A DNA stretch of 64,000 bases from Pristiophorus japonicus (GCF_044704955.1 NC_091991.1:132990001-133054000), one strand, 5' to 3'; positions 24,760 to 37,730 are shown, counted from the first letter of the stretch. Numbers and translations are program-made. Notes: a model not told the origin generated them from the letters alone.

Positions 24760-27700
24760 ATGAAGATAACCATAGCCAGCCTCAACATCAACGGCGGCAG
24801 AGGGGCACGCCGTAGATTTGACAATTTTTCGCTCCTGCGGGAGGGGAAATATGCGGTGTGCTTCCTGCAAGAAACCCACACCGTTCCGGGAGACAAAGCC
24901 ACGTGGCTCCTGGAATGGCAAGGAGAGGTCCGCATGAGCCACCTCACCGCCATTTCTAGTGGGGTGGCCATCTTGCTGGGCCCGCATTTTCAGCCGGAGA
25001 TCTTGGGGGTCGAGGAGCCCGTGCCAGGCCGCTTGCTGCACGTAACGGTTCGCCTGGGGGACGTGCCGCTCCATCTCGTGAACGTGTACGCCCCTCAGCC
25101 CGGCCCGCAGCAGACGCGCTTCTTTGAAGAGGTGTCCGCTCTTCTTGGCTCCGTCGACGTCGGCGACTGCATTGTCCTCGGGGGGGATTTTAACTGCACC
25201 CTCGAGGCGAGGGACCGCTCCGGTGCCCCGCAGTGCATGACGGCGATGGAGAAGTTGAGGGACCTGGTCAGGTCCTTCGACTTGGTGGACGTCTGGCGAA
25301 ATCTCCATCCCGACTCCAGCGCCTTCACTTGGGTGAGGCCTGGAGTTGGATGGTCTAGAGTCGACCGCCTTTACGTGTCTCGGGCGTACGTTTCCTGCGT
25401 CCCGGCGGCCTCCATGCGGCCGGTGCCGTGTTCGGACCACCACCTGGTGTGGGCGGAGCTCGCTTCGCTCCGCGCGAGGACGGGGTCCGCGTACTGGCAC
25501 TTTAACAACCGACTGCTGGAGGACGTGCGGTTCCAGGACTCGTTCCGTCGATTCTGGTCCGACTAGAGAAGGAAGCAGGGGGGCTTCCCCTCCTTGAGGC
25601 TATGGTGGGACGTGGGCAAGGCTCACGTCCACGTCTTCTGTCAAGAGTACGCGAGGGGGTCGACCAAGAGGCGGGCGGCCAGAGTCGGGCGCCTAGAAAA
25701 AGAGGTGCTCGACCTGGAAGCCCGTCTCGGTCAAGTCGTCCAGGACCCGGCCCTGCGGACAGTGTACGAAGCGAAGAAGGCCGCGCTGAAGGACCTGCAG
25801 CTCGCCGGGTCCCGAGGCGCGTTCGTGAGGTCGCGGATCCGGTTCCTGCGGGATCTGGACCGCGGCTCCCCCTTCTTCTACTCGCTGGAAAAAGGCAGTG
25901 TCCGTAAGCAGCTCTTGACGCTGCTGGCCGACGACAGCTCTCTCGTCTCGGATCCAGAGGGCGTCAACAACAGGGCCCGTGAATATTACGGGGCTCTGTT
26001 CTCTCCGGATCCGTCCAGCGAGGAAGCGCGTAGAGTTTTGTGGGAGGACCTGCCGAAGGTCAGCCCGGAGGGCGGCGAAAATCTGGAAGCTCCGCTAAGC
26101 CTGGCGGAGCTGACCGGTGCCCTCGACCGGCTCTCGAGGGGAAAATCCCCGGGGCTGGACGGGCTGACTGTGGAGTTCCACAGGGCGTTCTGGGACGTCC
26201 TGGGGAGCGACTACGCGCGGGTCCTGGGGGAAAGTCTGGCGACCGGGGAGATGCCCCTCTCTTGGCACAGGGCAGTCATCGTCCTGCTGCCTAAGAAGGG
26301 CGATCTCCGCCTCCTTAAGAACTGGCGCCCGGTCTCCCTCCTCAGCACGGACTACAAAATTTTCGCCAGGGCGATGTCTGCTCGCCTTGGTGCCGTGCTG
26401 GACCACATGATCCACCCCGACCAGTCCTACACGGTCCAGGGCCGGACAATCCACGATAACATCCATCTGGTCCGGGACCTCATCCATTGTTCCCAGGAGG
26501 CTGGTCTGTCGGTCGCCTTCCTATCCCTCGACCAAGAGAAGGCGTTCGACAGGGTGGATCACGACTATCTGCTCGGAACTCTGCGCGCTTTCGGGTTCGG
26601 GACGCATTTCGTCGCCCGGATCCAACTTTTGTACGCCGCCGCGGAGTGTCTGATTAAGGTTAACGGGTCCTTGACGGCGCCCCTTCGCTTTAGGAGAGGG
26701 GTGCGCCAGGGATGCCCCATGTTCGGCCAGTTATACGCCGTTTGCGTGGAGCCTTTCCTGCGCCTCTTGCGGACGAGGTTGACGGGACTGGCTCTGCAAG
26801 GGCCGGGCGTGGAGGTCGTCCTCTCGGCTTACGCCGATGACGTGCTCCTCGCGGTAGAGGATCCCGCTGACCTGCGGAGGATGCGTGAGTGCCAGGAGAT
26901 TTACTCGGCCGCGTCCTCCGCCAGGATCAACTGGGAGAAATGTTCCGGACTCCTGGTGGGTCAGTGGCGGGTGGACTCCCTGCCGGGGGAGCTCAGGCCT
27001 TTTGCCTGGAGCACGACCCATCTCCTCTATCTGGGAGTCTACCTTAGCCCCGACGAGGGAGCCTGGCCGGCGAACTGGCAGGAGCTGGAGGCCAAGGTCG
27101 CCGCTCGCCTAGGGCGCTGGACAGGACTGCTCCGAGTGCTGTCCTACAGGGGTCGAGCGCTAGTCATAAACCAGCTGGTGGCCGCAATGTTGTGGTACCG
27201 GCTGGTCACTTTGACCCCTCCCCCTGCGTTTGTCGCCAAGATACAGAAGAAGCTGGTGGACTTCTTCTGGAACAACAGGAAGCACTGGGTCTCTGCTGCG
27301 GTCTTGAGTCTCCCGCTTGAGGAGGGCGGTCAGTCGTTTGTGTGCGTCAGCGCCCAGCTCGCGACTTTCCGTCTTCAGACCCTGCAGAGATACCTTTACG
27401 TCGAGCCCCCTCCTAGGTGGTGCGCTCTGGCGAGGTATTTCTTCCGCCAGCAGCGCGACCTCAATTATGACACGCAGCTCCTGTTTGTGAACTTGGGGGG
27501 TGCCAGGACCGCCCTCCGGGAGCTGCCTGTCTTTTACAGGGAACTCATCAGGTCTGGAACAAAGTCTCCACCAAGCGCAGCTCTCCGCCGGCTGGAGTGG
27601 CGGCCGTCCTGCAGGAGCCGCTGCTCGGGAATCCGTACCTCCACGACCGAGGTTTTATGTGGCGGTCGGAAGAGAGGGCTGTGGCTGGTGAGGTGACCAG

Positions 27701-28655
27701 GGTCAGGGACCTGCTCGATGGCGGAGGAGCGGGCTGGATGGCGCCAGACACGCTGGCGCGGCGCCTAAATTCTGCCAACGTCCGCCACGCGGCCGATGCC
27801 ATCGAGTCGCTAAAAACAGCTCTGGGCCCTGACTCCGTTAGGTGCATCGAGGAGGCTCAAGCACGTGGGGAGATCCCGTCCGAACTGACCCCCGTCCGGA
27901 CGGAATTCCTCATCGGCGCCAAACCCTGGAACCTCCCTCGGGGGCCGGCGCCTCACAACTTGAGCCGCCTCGGGGAAATCCCCTCCGTGCCTTTCAGTTC
28001 CGCGCGGAGGGGTTTCCTGTACGGGCTGCTCCTGCACACTCTCAACTTTGCCATCCTCGCCGGCCGTCCGGACACGCCATGGCGTACCATCTTGCCGTCC
28101 GGAGGAGGCGGGGGTCCCCGATGGAGGGCACTCTACGCAGGGGTCCTCCCACTATTCATCGGGGACTTGGCCTGGAGGGTGGTGCACGGAGCAGTGCCGT
28201 GCAATAAATTTTTAAGCCGGTTCACGGACTCCCAGGCCGCCTGCAATTTCTGCGGTCTGGAAGAGTCCGTGTTCCATGTTTTTATGGAATGCACAAGGTT
28301 GCAGCCCCTGTTTTATTATTTGAAGGGGCTGCTCCTGAAATTCTGGCTGCACTTCAGTCCCACTCTCCTGATCTTTGGGCACCCTGTGCGGAGGGGAGCG
28401 GGTAGGTCCGAGGACCTCCTCGTAGGACTGCTCCTGGGCACGGCCAAGGGTGCCATCAGCCGGTCCAGGCAGCGGGCGGTCGAGGGGGTCGTTCAACCTG
28501 ACTGCCTGCCTCTCTTCCGCTCTTACATCCGGTCCAGGGTGTCCTTGGAGATGGAGCACGCAGTGTCCACCGGTACGCTCACGGCCTTCCGCGAGAGGTG
28601 GGTACCGGAGGGACTGGAGTGCATCATCACGCCCGGCAACCAAATTTTAATTTGA
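24760..28655 (+). pseudogene. Tx1 ORF2 (APE endonuclease, RT, C-terminal zinc finger) with one stop (25564) and one clear frameshift (~27550)
   Basis: SLNING, FLQETH, GDFN, SDH; KNWRPVSLL, LDQEKAFDRV, GVRQGCP, YADD; CNFCGLEESVFHVFMEC. Confidence 0.92.
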
Positions 28656-31317
28656 TTTTACGTTTTAAAGTTTAATTTGTTTTAATTGCCGGTGCTTTTA
28701 GTGTCCCCTTCCCTTTTATAGGGGGCACTGGAAAAATGTGATTTTAGCGCCCAAAAAAAACCCCAAAAAAATGAAAAACACAAAAAAAAAACCAAAAAAA
28801 GGAAAAAAGGGCCTTGTAAATGTCTGGTGTGTCACCCAGGTCGGGTGGCACAGTTTAATGTTTTATGTTTTTGCAGGTGAACTCCAAAAAGAGTTTCATG
28901 CACAAGGACCCCCAGGTCCCTCTGCACCGCAGCATGTTGTAATTTCTCCCCATTCAAATAATATTCCCTTTTACTGTTTTTTTTTCCAAGGTGGATGACC
29001 TCACATTTTCAGACATTGTATTCCATCTGCCAAACCTTAGCCCATTCGCTTAACCTATCTAAATCTCTTTGCAGCCTCTCTGTGTCCTCCACACAACCTG
29101 CTTTCCCACTAATCTTTATTTCATCTGCAAATTTTGTTACACTACACTCTGTCCCCTCTTCCAGGTCATCTATGTATATTGTAAACAGTTGTGGTCCCAG
29201 CACCGATCCCTGTGGCACACCACTAACCACCGATTGCCAACCTGAAAAGGACCCATTTATCCCGACTCTCTGCTTTCTGTTAGTTAGCCAATTCTCAATC
29301 CATCTTCTGACTCTGCGTACCTTTATCTTCTGCAGTAACCTTTTTGTGGCACCTTATCGAATGCCTTTTGGAAATCCAAATACACCACATCCATCAGGAC
29401 ACCTCTATCCACCATGCTCGTTATATCCTCAAAGAATTCCAGTAAATTAGTTAAACATGATTTCCCCTTCATGAATCCATGTTGCGTCTGCTTGATTGCA
29501 CTATTCCTGTCTAGATGTCCCGCTATTTCTTCCTTAGTGATAGCTTCAAGCATTTTCCCCACTACAGATGTTAAACTAACCAGCCCATAGTTACCTGCCT
29601 TTTGTCTGCCCCCTTTTTTAAACAGAGGCGTTACATTAGCTGCTTTCCAATCCGCTGGTACCTCCCCAGAGTCCAGAGAATTTTGGTAGATTATAACGAA
29701 TGCATCTGCTATAACTTCCGCCATCTCTTTTAATACCCTGGGATGCATTTCATCAGGACCAGGGGACTTGTCTACCTTGAGTCCCATTAGCCTGTCCAGC
29801 ATTACCCCCCTAGTGATAGTGATTGTCTCAAGGTCCTCCCTTCCCACATTCCTGTGACCAGCAATTTTTGGCATGGTTTCTGTGGCTTCTACTCTGAAGA
29901 CCGAAGCAAAATAATTGTTTAAGATCTCAGCCATTTCCACATTTCCCATTATTAAATCCCCCTTCTCATCTTCTAAGGGACCAACATTTACTTTAGCCAC
30001 TCTTTTCCGTTTTATATATCGGTAAAAGCTTTTACTATCTGTTTTTATGTTTTGCGCAAGTTTACTTTCATAATCTATCTTTCCTTTCTTTATTGTTTTC
30101 TTAGTCATTCTTTGCTGTCGTTTAAAATTTTCCCAATCTTCTAGTTTCCCACTAACCTTGGCCACCTTATACGCATTGGTTTTTAATTTGATACTCTCCT
30201 TTATTTCCTTGGCTATCCACGGCTGGTTATCCCTTCTCTTACCGCCCTTCTTTTTCACTGGAATATATTTTTGTTGAGCACTGTGAAAGAGCTCCTTAAA
30301 AGTCCTCTACTGTTCCTCAATTGTGCCACCATTTAGTCTGTGTTCCCAGTCTACTTTAGCCAACTCTGTTACCAACTAAGTTATCAGAAAATTTGCCAGT
30401 TTGTGATCCAAACACAACTGCCGTTTCTTTGGATATGGATCCAAAATTTGCTTGATAGGGCATGTTTTACAATTTGTACTGTGCGCTCTGCTGCACCATA
30501 TGAAGCAGGGTAGTACGGTGGAACCATTTCTGCTCATAAACTGTGCAATTTCTTCTGAACAACATTGTGGCCCATTATCAGACACAATTTCTTCTGGGAG
30601 GCCATATGAAGAAAACAATCTTTGCAAATTGTCTAGTGTTTTACTTGTTGTTATTTTCTGCAAAGGAAACACCTCTACCCGTTTTGAATGGCTATTACTC
30701 ACAATGAACAACTGTTGTCCTTCTAACTCAGCAAAATATACTTGTAACCTTTGCCACAAACTGGGTGGTCATTTCCATGGCTGTAATGGTAGTGATGGTA
30801 GTTTCTTGATTTCCGATTGACATGTTGTACACTGACTAGCGATGTACTTTATATCTTTACCTAAACCTGGCCACCATAAGTAACTCCATCCAAACTCTTG
30901 GTCAAGCATATTCCCAGGTGCTGGTAATGAAGATCTGCTAATAATTTGGACCTGAATTTATCTGGAATAACTACTCTTGTATCCCACATGATACAATCTT
31001 TATCCACTGATAATACGAACAAAATATGGATGAATATCTTTCTTTGATGCCTAGTTTGGCCAGCCATTTGCTATGTAATGATACACCTTTGACATAACTG
31101 GGTCACACTTGGTTGCTCTGCCAATCTCTTCAGCTGTGACTGGGTGTAACTTGTGATGAGGAACCTGGACATAGCATCAGCATTACTGTGAAGAGCTGAT
31201 CATCCGTATTCAATGTCACACATATAGGCTGACAAAATCAAAGCCGATCTCTACATTCGGGCTGGAACTAGGGACTTTGGATGGAGGATTGCTGTCAGGG
31301 GCTTATAGTCAGTAACG

Positions 31318-31833
31318 TCTCTGAGCCATATAGGAGGGCAGGTATCACTACTGCCCTGCAGACCATAAGCTTGGTGCCAGATTTGATGTCCTGGTCTTCA
31401 ACCATTCTCTTCCTCAGGCGACTAAAGGCCACACTGACACACCATATGCCTAACAAGTGCTCTACTTGGAACTCCTACATGGCAAGTGAGCCACAGGTGG
31501 GCAGAGGAAATGCTTCAAGGACACCCTCAAAGCCTCCTTGATAAAGTGTGACATCCCACCAGCACCTGGGAATCCCTGGCCCAAGACCACCCAAAGTGGA
31601 GGAAGAGCTTCCGGGAGGGTGCTGAGCATCTTGAGTCTCGCTACCGAGAGCATGCAGAAACCAAGGAACGTGCGGCAAACCAGACTCCCCACCCACCCTA
31701 TCCTTCAACCACTGTCTGCCCACCTGTGACAGAGACTGTAATTCCGCATCGGACTGTACAGCCACTTGAGAACTCACTTTTGGAGTGGAAGCAAGTCTTC
31801 TTCGATTCTGAGGGACTGCCTATGATGATGATG
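31318..31833 (+). mobile_element. RTE-clade LINE 3' end with inverted 5' segment
   Basis: TSD gtcagtaacg at 31308 and 31834; (gat)n tail; 31318-31430 reads AFSRLRKR..TKLMVCRAVVIPALLYGSET on the minus strand. Confidence 0.85.
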
Positions 31834-32619
31834 GTCAGTAACGATGGTAAACTTATGACCATACAAGTATTTGTGGAACTTCTTGACTCCAAAAATCAAT
31901 GCCAAAGCTTCTCTTTTGATTTGCACATAATTACACTCACTGGCACTGAGAGTGTGTGAAGCAAAAGCAATTGATCTCTCCTCCCCACTAACTATTACAT
32001 GAGAGATCACTGCCCCAACTCCATATGGATGCCTTAGGGTGTCCTAAGGATGCAATGTCTTGGCCAATATATCTCCCTTACATCACCACAATAGATAAGG
32101 TAACTGATCATTTATGTCAGTGCTGTTAATTACTAGCTTTAACTCTCTGTGGCATGTATAACAGGCAATTAATGTGAAAGTGTAGCAACTTCTTGAAAAT
32201 CACAGGGAGGTTAAGGGCGAGTTGTCATTTTAGTGAAACGGAAGCAGCATAATTTGGCCAGCAATCTGTGGTGATTGGCAATTCACTCTTATCGCTTCCT
32301 CGCTACAAACCGCTGGCAAATTTACACATTAATAACAACGAGCGTCATCCACGTGCTCTTATTTGTTCAGCAAAATCTGGGCCAATGAAAGAATTGGATA
32401 TGCGCTAGGAACTCCACGAGTAATGCTGCTAGCTAAAGGTGGGATTAACTTTGTGTCATTCGTTAACATTTCTCAGAACAAAAATCTGAACATTTAACAG
32501 CTCAGAATACATTTTTTACCACCACTGACTGACATATATTCTGTACTGGCAAAAGAAACTCAGCTAGTTATCACTGACTTTGCTGCATCTGAATTGCAAT
32601 TTAATTTTTTTTTGCAGAT

Positions 32620-33140
32620 ACGAATAGCCAAAACCTATCAGTTTGTTTGCGACCACAGGCAGCGCATCACGCACGTCTGTGCCCTGTTTGCTGGCAGCAG
32701 TCATGATTCATTCATCCTACGCTTCTGTGTGTCATTTATATTCCAACCAGGCTGTCAGGTCACAGGTTGGCTATTGAGTGACAAGGGCTGTCACCTCCAG
32801 ATATGGTTCGTGACATCTGTCAGGAACACAGCCACAGTCACAGTGCTGGCCCATAATGAGAGCTATGCTGCCATCAGAAATGTCACTGAGCAAACTGTTG
32901 GCGTGCTCAAACAACACTTCCGCTGCCTGGATCATTCAAGAGGAGTTCTGCAGTACACCCCTGACCGTGTTTCCAGATTTGTGATCGTGTGATGTATGAT
33001 GCATACTGAGGAACTAGCCCTTATCACCACCTGGACAACAAGAAGTGTAAGAGGAGGAGTAGCACAAAGCTGAGCAAGAGCAGGAGCAGCATCGACCACC
33101 AGTGCCACAGCAGTCCCTCTGTGGTGTATGAAATGATACA
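32620..33140 (+). pseudogene. Harbinger (HARBI1-like) DDE transposase remnant
   Basis: QFVCDHRQRITHVCALFAGSSHDSFILR..LLSDKG..RNVTEQTVGVLKQHFRCLDHSRGVLQYTP. Confidence 0.85.
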
Positions 33141-33514
33141 ATGAACTCCGTACTGTGAGCCAGTGACCAGGTGACCTGGTCAGTCTTTAATGGCTTCCAG
33201 AAATGAAGATACAAAAAATGAAGTTCAGGTTAAATACCAGGCCCAGCACGAGTGTACCTATGACCCTAGGACCTCCGACGGTAGTGCTCCCTGGTGGTGG
33301 GCAGACCTTATGTACATATATTACATCCTCAAGTGCACTTCAGCTGAACTATTACTCTCATCCCGAATGTACCAATAGTCCCACAATCCATTTCACCACC
33401 ATCTTTATTACCACTGTCTGATTGCCTTCCTTCAGTCCAGCCTTAAGGGTTTTGTCCTTACTTATACCAACACCGAATTCAGACAAGAACTTTACTCTAA
33501 CAACTCTATTCTTT

Positions 33515-35070
33515 AATACAAAATACCGCGGATGCTGGAAATCTGAAATAAAAACAGGCAATGCTGGAAATATTCAGCAGGTCAGGCAGCATCTGTGGAG
33601 AGAGAAACAGAATTAACATTTCAGATTGATGACATTTTGTCAGAACTGAAATAAGTTAGAGATGTTACAGATTTTAAGTAAGTGCAGGGGCAGGGAAAGG
33701 GGGAGGGAAGAAAGAACAAAAGGGAAGATCTGTGATGGGGTGAAAGGCAAGAGGGATTAAATGACAAAAGGTATGATTGTACGAAGCAACAGTAATGGGA
33801 CAAAGTAAAGAAACAAAAGATGGGTCTGGAAGAGATGTAAATGGGTATAGGAGAATCATCAACAGTTGCCATCTAAAAAAATAGGGGCAGAGGTTATGGT
33901 CTGAAATTGTTGAACTCGATGTTGAGTCCAGAAGGCTGTAAAGTGCCTAATCGAAAGATGAGGTGCTGTTCCTTGAGCTTGCGTGAGCTTCGTTGGAACA
34001 ATGTAAGAGGCCAAGAACGGAGAGGTCAGAGTGGGAGCGGAGCGGAGAATTAAAGTGACAGGCGACCGGAAGCTCGGGGTCATGCTTACGGACTGAACGG
34101 AGATATCCCACAAAGCGGTCACCCAATCTGTGTTTGATCTCCCTAATGTAGAGGAGACCGCATCGTGAGCAGCAAATACAGTATAGTAAATTGAATGAAG
34201 TACAAGTAAATCGCTGTTTCACCTGGAAGGAGTGTTTGGGGCCCTGGACGGTGGGAAGGGAGGAGTTAAAAGGGCAGGTGTTGCATCTCCTGTGCTTGCA
34301 CAGGAAGGTCCCGTGGGAAGGGGAGGGGGTGCTGGGGGTGACTGCGGAATGGACCAGGGTGTTGCGGAGGGAGCGGTCCCTTCGAAATGCTGAGATGGGT
34401 GGGGAGGGGAAGATGTGATTGTTGGTGGGATCACGCTGGAGGTGGCGGATCCGTTCAACGTGGAGGCTGATAGGGTGAAAGGTGAGGACAAGAGGAACCC
34501 TTTCGTGGTTCTGGGAGGGAGGGGAAGGGGTGAGAGCAGAAGTGTGGGAAATGGAGCGGACACGGTCGAGGGCCATGTTAACCACGGCGGAGTGGAATCC
34601 TCGGATGAGGAAAAAGGAAGACATGTCAAGGGTACTAGTATGGAAGGTGGCGTCATCAGAACAGATGCAACAGAGACAGAGAAACTGGGAGAATGGAATA
34701 GAGTCCTTACAGAAAGCAGGGTGGGAGGAAATGTAGTCCAGGTGGCTGTGGGAGTCAGTGGGCTTATAGTGAATGTTTGTCAATAGCCTATCCCCAGAGA
34801 TGGAGACAGAGAAGTCGAGGAAGGGAAGGGAAGAGTCGGAGATGGACTATATGAAGGTGAGGACAGGGGTGGAAATTGGAAGCAAAGTGAATGAAATTTT
34901 CTAGTTCAGTGCGAGAGCAGGAAACGGCACCGATACAGTCATCAATGTACCGGAAAAAGAGGTGAGGGAGGGGACATGAGTAGGGAATGTTCTGCATATC
35001 CCACAAAAAGGCAATCATAGCTAGGACTCATATGGGTTCCCATAGCAACACCTTTTATTTGGAGATTGTG
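33515..35070 (-). mobile_element. Penelope-like element (RT C-terminal part, GIY-YIG endonuclease, terminal repeat), degenerate
   Basis: QIKGVAMGTHMSPSY, FRYIDD, YKPTDSHSHLDYISSHP, LYCICCSRCGLLYI..RLGDRF..PVACHFN. Confidence 0.9.
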
Positions 35071-35229
35071 TTGCTGCGTATTCAGGAAGGCTGGCCTCCT
35101 CTTTCTGAAGTGGTACAGGTCCCTCGACATTTCCAGCAGTGAAGGGATAAGGGTTAGCTTTTAGTGTGAATGGAGAACAGGGAGTAATGCGTGGCTTTTG
35201 AAAGCAGCTGCAGTTTGTCATGCAGAGAG

Positions 35230-36195
35230 CGTAGGGTGAGATAGACGTAAGCAGGGAAAGAAAGGATTAGGTGTGAAGAAGCCTGGGGAGTTACCATTCA
35301 CCATGGCCATGACTCGCCCTCTGCCCATGATGGCTAGCACCTCTTCCTCGAGGGGAGAAAGAGTGTACAGTTGGGCTTAGCTCCCTCGGTACCACCCTAC
35401 TGTCTCAGGTTGTGATCTTGCCCTGCAAAAAAGTATTGTGTCTGTTAGTGACAGCTTCGTGAGCTGTTTTGAGAATGAGACTGTCATGGTCGAAAAGTGC
35501 AAATGTTGTGTGCAAGATATGAGGTGTGGGGAAGTGAGGCTTGCAATGGTGTTGAGAGCAGGAGGTACAGAGTGTGTAAGTAGGAGGAGTAGGGGGTGGA
35601 GTGATGTGTGGTGCAGTGATTGCAGGAGGGTGAAGGGAAGCGGGGAGGGGAGTGTTGTGAGTAGTGGGGCTCCAGGTGGCAGAGTAGTTGAGGTGAGAGG
35701 CAAGATTCTTACCTTGATAACGCTGATGAGATTATTCAAGCTTTTCCTTGGAGTTACATTGATCTCCTCAACTCCCTCTTCCCACTGGCACTGGAGGTGT
35801 TGCCTGGATGGCTTACTGCCCCTCCGCCCCCTCCCCGGGGAACTGGTTCTTCCTCCTCCTGTGCCAGGGTCTCCAACGCTGCATCTGAGAATTTTAGTGC
35901 CCTGTCTGGACCTCTTGCAGCCATTTTTAAACTTACAAAGATGCTTTGTTGTCTGCAGTCACAGTCACCTTTAAGAGTTGCTGGTTGAATTTAAGTGGCG
36001 TCAGAGACAGCTGATATATCAACCCCCCACTCCCCCATCCCCCCAAACAGGCGCGAAGCCAATAAGCACTGTGGGTAGCGAGGAGCGCATGCCTGCCACA
36101 GGATAACATGGATGCTGTGCCCACGTGAACAGCCGTCTGCAGTAAGCATCCTGCCACCTGCAAGCCCCTTTTGGGTTGCGATAGAATTTCAAGGT
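35230..36195 (-). mobile_element. Harbinger Myb/SANT-like gene remnant
   Basis: Minus strand ~35320-35375 reads LSPLEEEVLAIMG, compared with LTPLEERVAALMG at 45990; layout resembles 9660-10444. Confidence 0.45.
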
Positions 36196-36198
36196 TAC

Positions 36199-37709
36199 TG
36201 TACTTTGCTGTTGCAAGATTCCAAAATTCGTGGAAACCCCCCAGTGTTTGGACTCATTGAAAAGGAAATTCGATTTGGGACTATGAAGCAGAAAGTTTTG
36301 GATCCTAAAATGCTTATGGAAGAAATCTATGAGTTTTAGCCAAGTTTGTGATTTTTAAAAGGTGAATGTTGGGTCTTTGAGAAAAGGGCTGCAAGAAAAG
36401 GAGTGGGTTCAACCTCTAAAAGGCCAGTTTGGATATTGGAGCTAATCAAGCTGTCTGGGGCCATATTGAATGAATCAAATTGTCTGGGGAACTGTTTACT
36501 CTCGAAACCTGCCTCTAGAAGACATTTACATTTCAACAATCAATCCAGGGAAGTACAGTTTCAATCCAAGTACAAAAACCCAACTAACACATGCATAATG
36601 CTAATCACCTTTCCGGCCTGCATCGAAAGCTGGGACCCAGGCAGACAACTCGACACCAGAGACTAACTTTAACAATTGCAACTCGAAACCCACAGATAAT
36701 TCCAGCAATTGACACATTTTTCAATCCAGTTACCAGTAACGAGCCCGCCAAAACTCAACGAGCCCGCCAAAGCTTAAACAAAGAACCAAGGTTGATTTGG
36801 CACGCAGATAAGGAAGCCTCTACGGGTATAAGTGAGGCCTGTTTTTACAGTCAGGACTGCACTTTGCTTCTACACCAGCTTAGTATGCTTCAGACCTGGC
36901 AGACTTCAAGATCAGCACATCAGCTTCGTTAACCTGGTTCTTCAGAATATCAGCCAAGATAGTATCACCAGCAACCAGGACACCATGCATGCCATGGCAG
37001 CAAGAGGCTCACGAAACAACCACCGAGATATTGGTAATATTGAGCCACCACGACCAACGATTTCAAAACCGAAGTCAACTCGACGAAAACTCGAAGATTC
37101 GCAAGGTGTTTCCACTCTACAAGCTATCCCCGAGTTACCAACATTACCTAACATTACCTAAAAGAACTTTGAAACCTACTGCGGAAGGAAGAAAGTGGGT
37201 ACTTACCCCATAGATCCAATACGCGCTCTACCGCATCAGCGGACACCACCCAACTGAGGAACACGCAGCAAGAAGTCCTCTCCTACGTTCGGGGGTACGG
37301 CTAGCAGAATCGACCAAATCCAACGAACCCTGAAACCGCGACCCATTACCGACTGTCAAGAAAGGATTGGTGAGCATAGTCCCTGAAGCCCCAGAGCCTA
37401 ACTTAGTTAGATAGGGGAATTGGGAGGTGGGAGGTATTATACTGCTGCGTATTCTCTTGTGTTTTAATAAAGGATTCCACATTAGAGTGATAAGTTTTCT
37501 CTCATTTAAAGTGATGTTTTCTCAGTTTTTAATAAAAGGTGTATTAATTCTTCTTGAATAAAACCCAAACCTTCTTTGTACAAAACGGTTATCAGCTGCA
37601 CTTTATCACACCCTGATTAATAAATCCAAGCTCGAGAACCAGGGAGTGGGAGTGACTCGCAACAGCTCTGGGTCAGGAAGGCAAGCTGACAGACCCACCA
37701 CCCCTTACA
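36199..37709 (+). repeat. Candidate long 5' LTR (about 1.5 kb)
   Basis: Starts tgta (left boundary uncertain), ends ttaca just before a PBS, and contains several aataaa. No second LTR in the window to confirm it. Confidence 0.55.
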
Positions 37710-37712
37710 GAA

Positions 37713-37730
37713 TGGCGAGCCAAGTAGGAG
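37713..37730 (+). promoter_or_regulatory. Primer-binding site, tRNA-Arg(ACG)-like
   Basis: tggcgagccaagtaggag matches 15/18 of the recalled complement TGGCGAGCCAGCCAGGAG. Confidence 0.65.

Larger units (their letters stand above)
21706..28890 (+). mobile_element. Full-length Tx1/L1-clade non-LTR retrotransposon (about 7.2 kb)
   Basis: Direct repeat gagtttcatgcacaaggacc at 21686-21705 and 28891-28910; about 0.9-kb 5' UTR, ORF1, ORF2 and structured 3' UTR. Confidence 0.93.
20986..30367 (-). mobile_element. CR1 LINE of a second subfamily (ttcttatg tail), split by Tx1 into 20986-21705 and 28911-30367
   Basis: RT ORFs 21081-21707, 29009-29230 and 29323-30258. It interrupts the integrase sequence gcgataa|gttatc with taa duplicated. 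Confidence 0.93.
20074..32030 (-). mobile_element. Degenerate Gypsy LTR retrotransposon (RNase H, integrase, PPT, 3' LTR); 5' half missing; hosts CR1, Tx1 and RTE insertions
   Basis: RNase H IAFASHTLSASECNYVQIKREALALIFGVKKFHKYLYG (31774-32010); integrase GLPEEIVSDNGPQ (30376-30759); C-terminal WLPGRIVKICGPRTYLV (20355-20813). Confidence 0.88.

Noticed and set aside
23036-28643. Numerous antisense and alternative-frame ORFs within Tx1
   Set aside because: Expected by-products of very high GC content.
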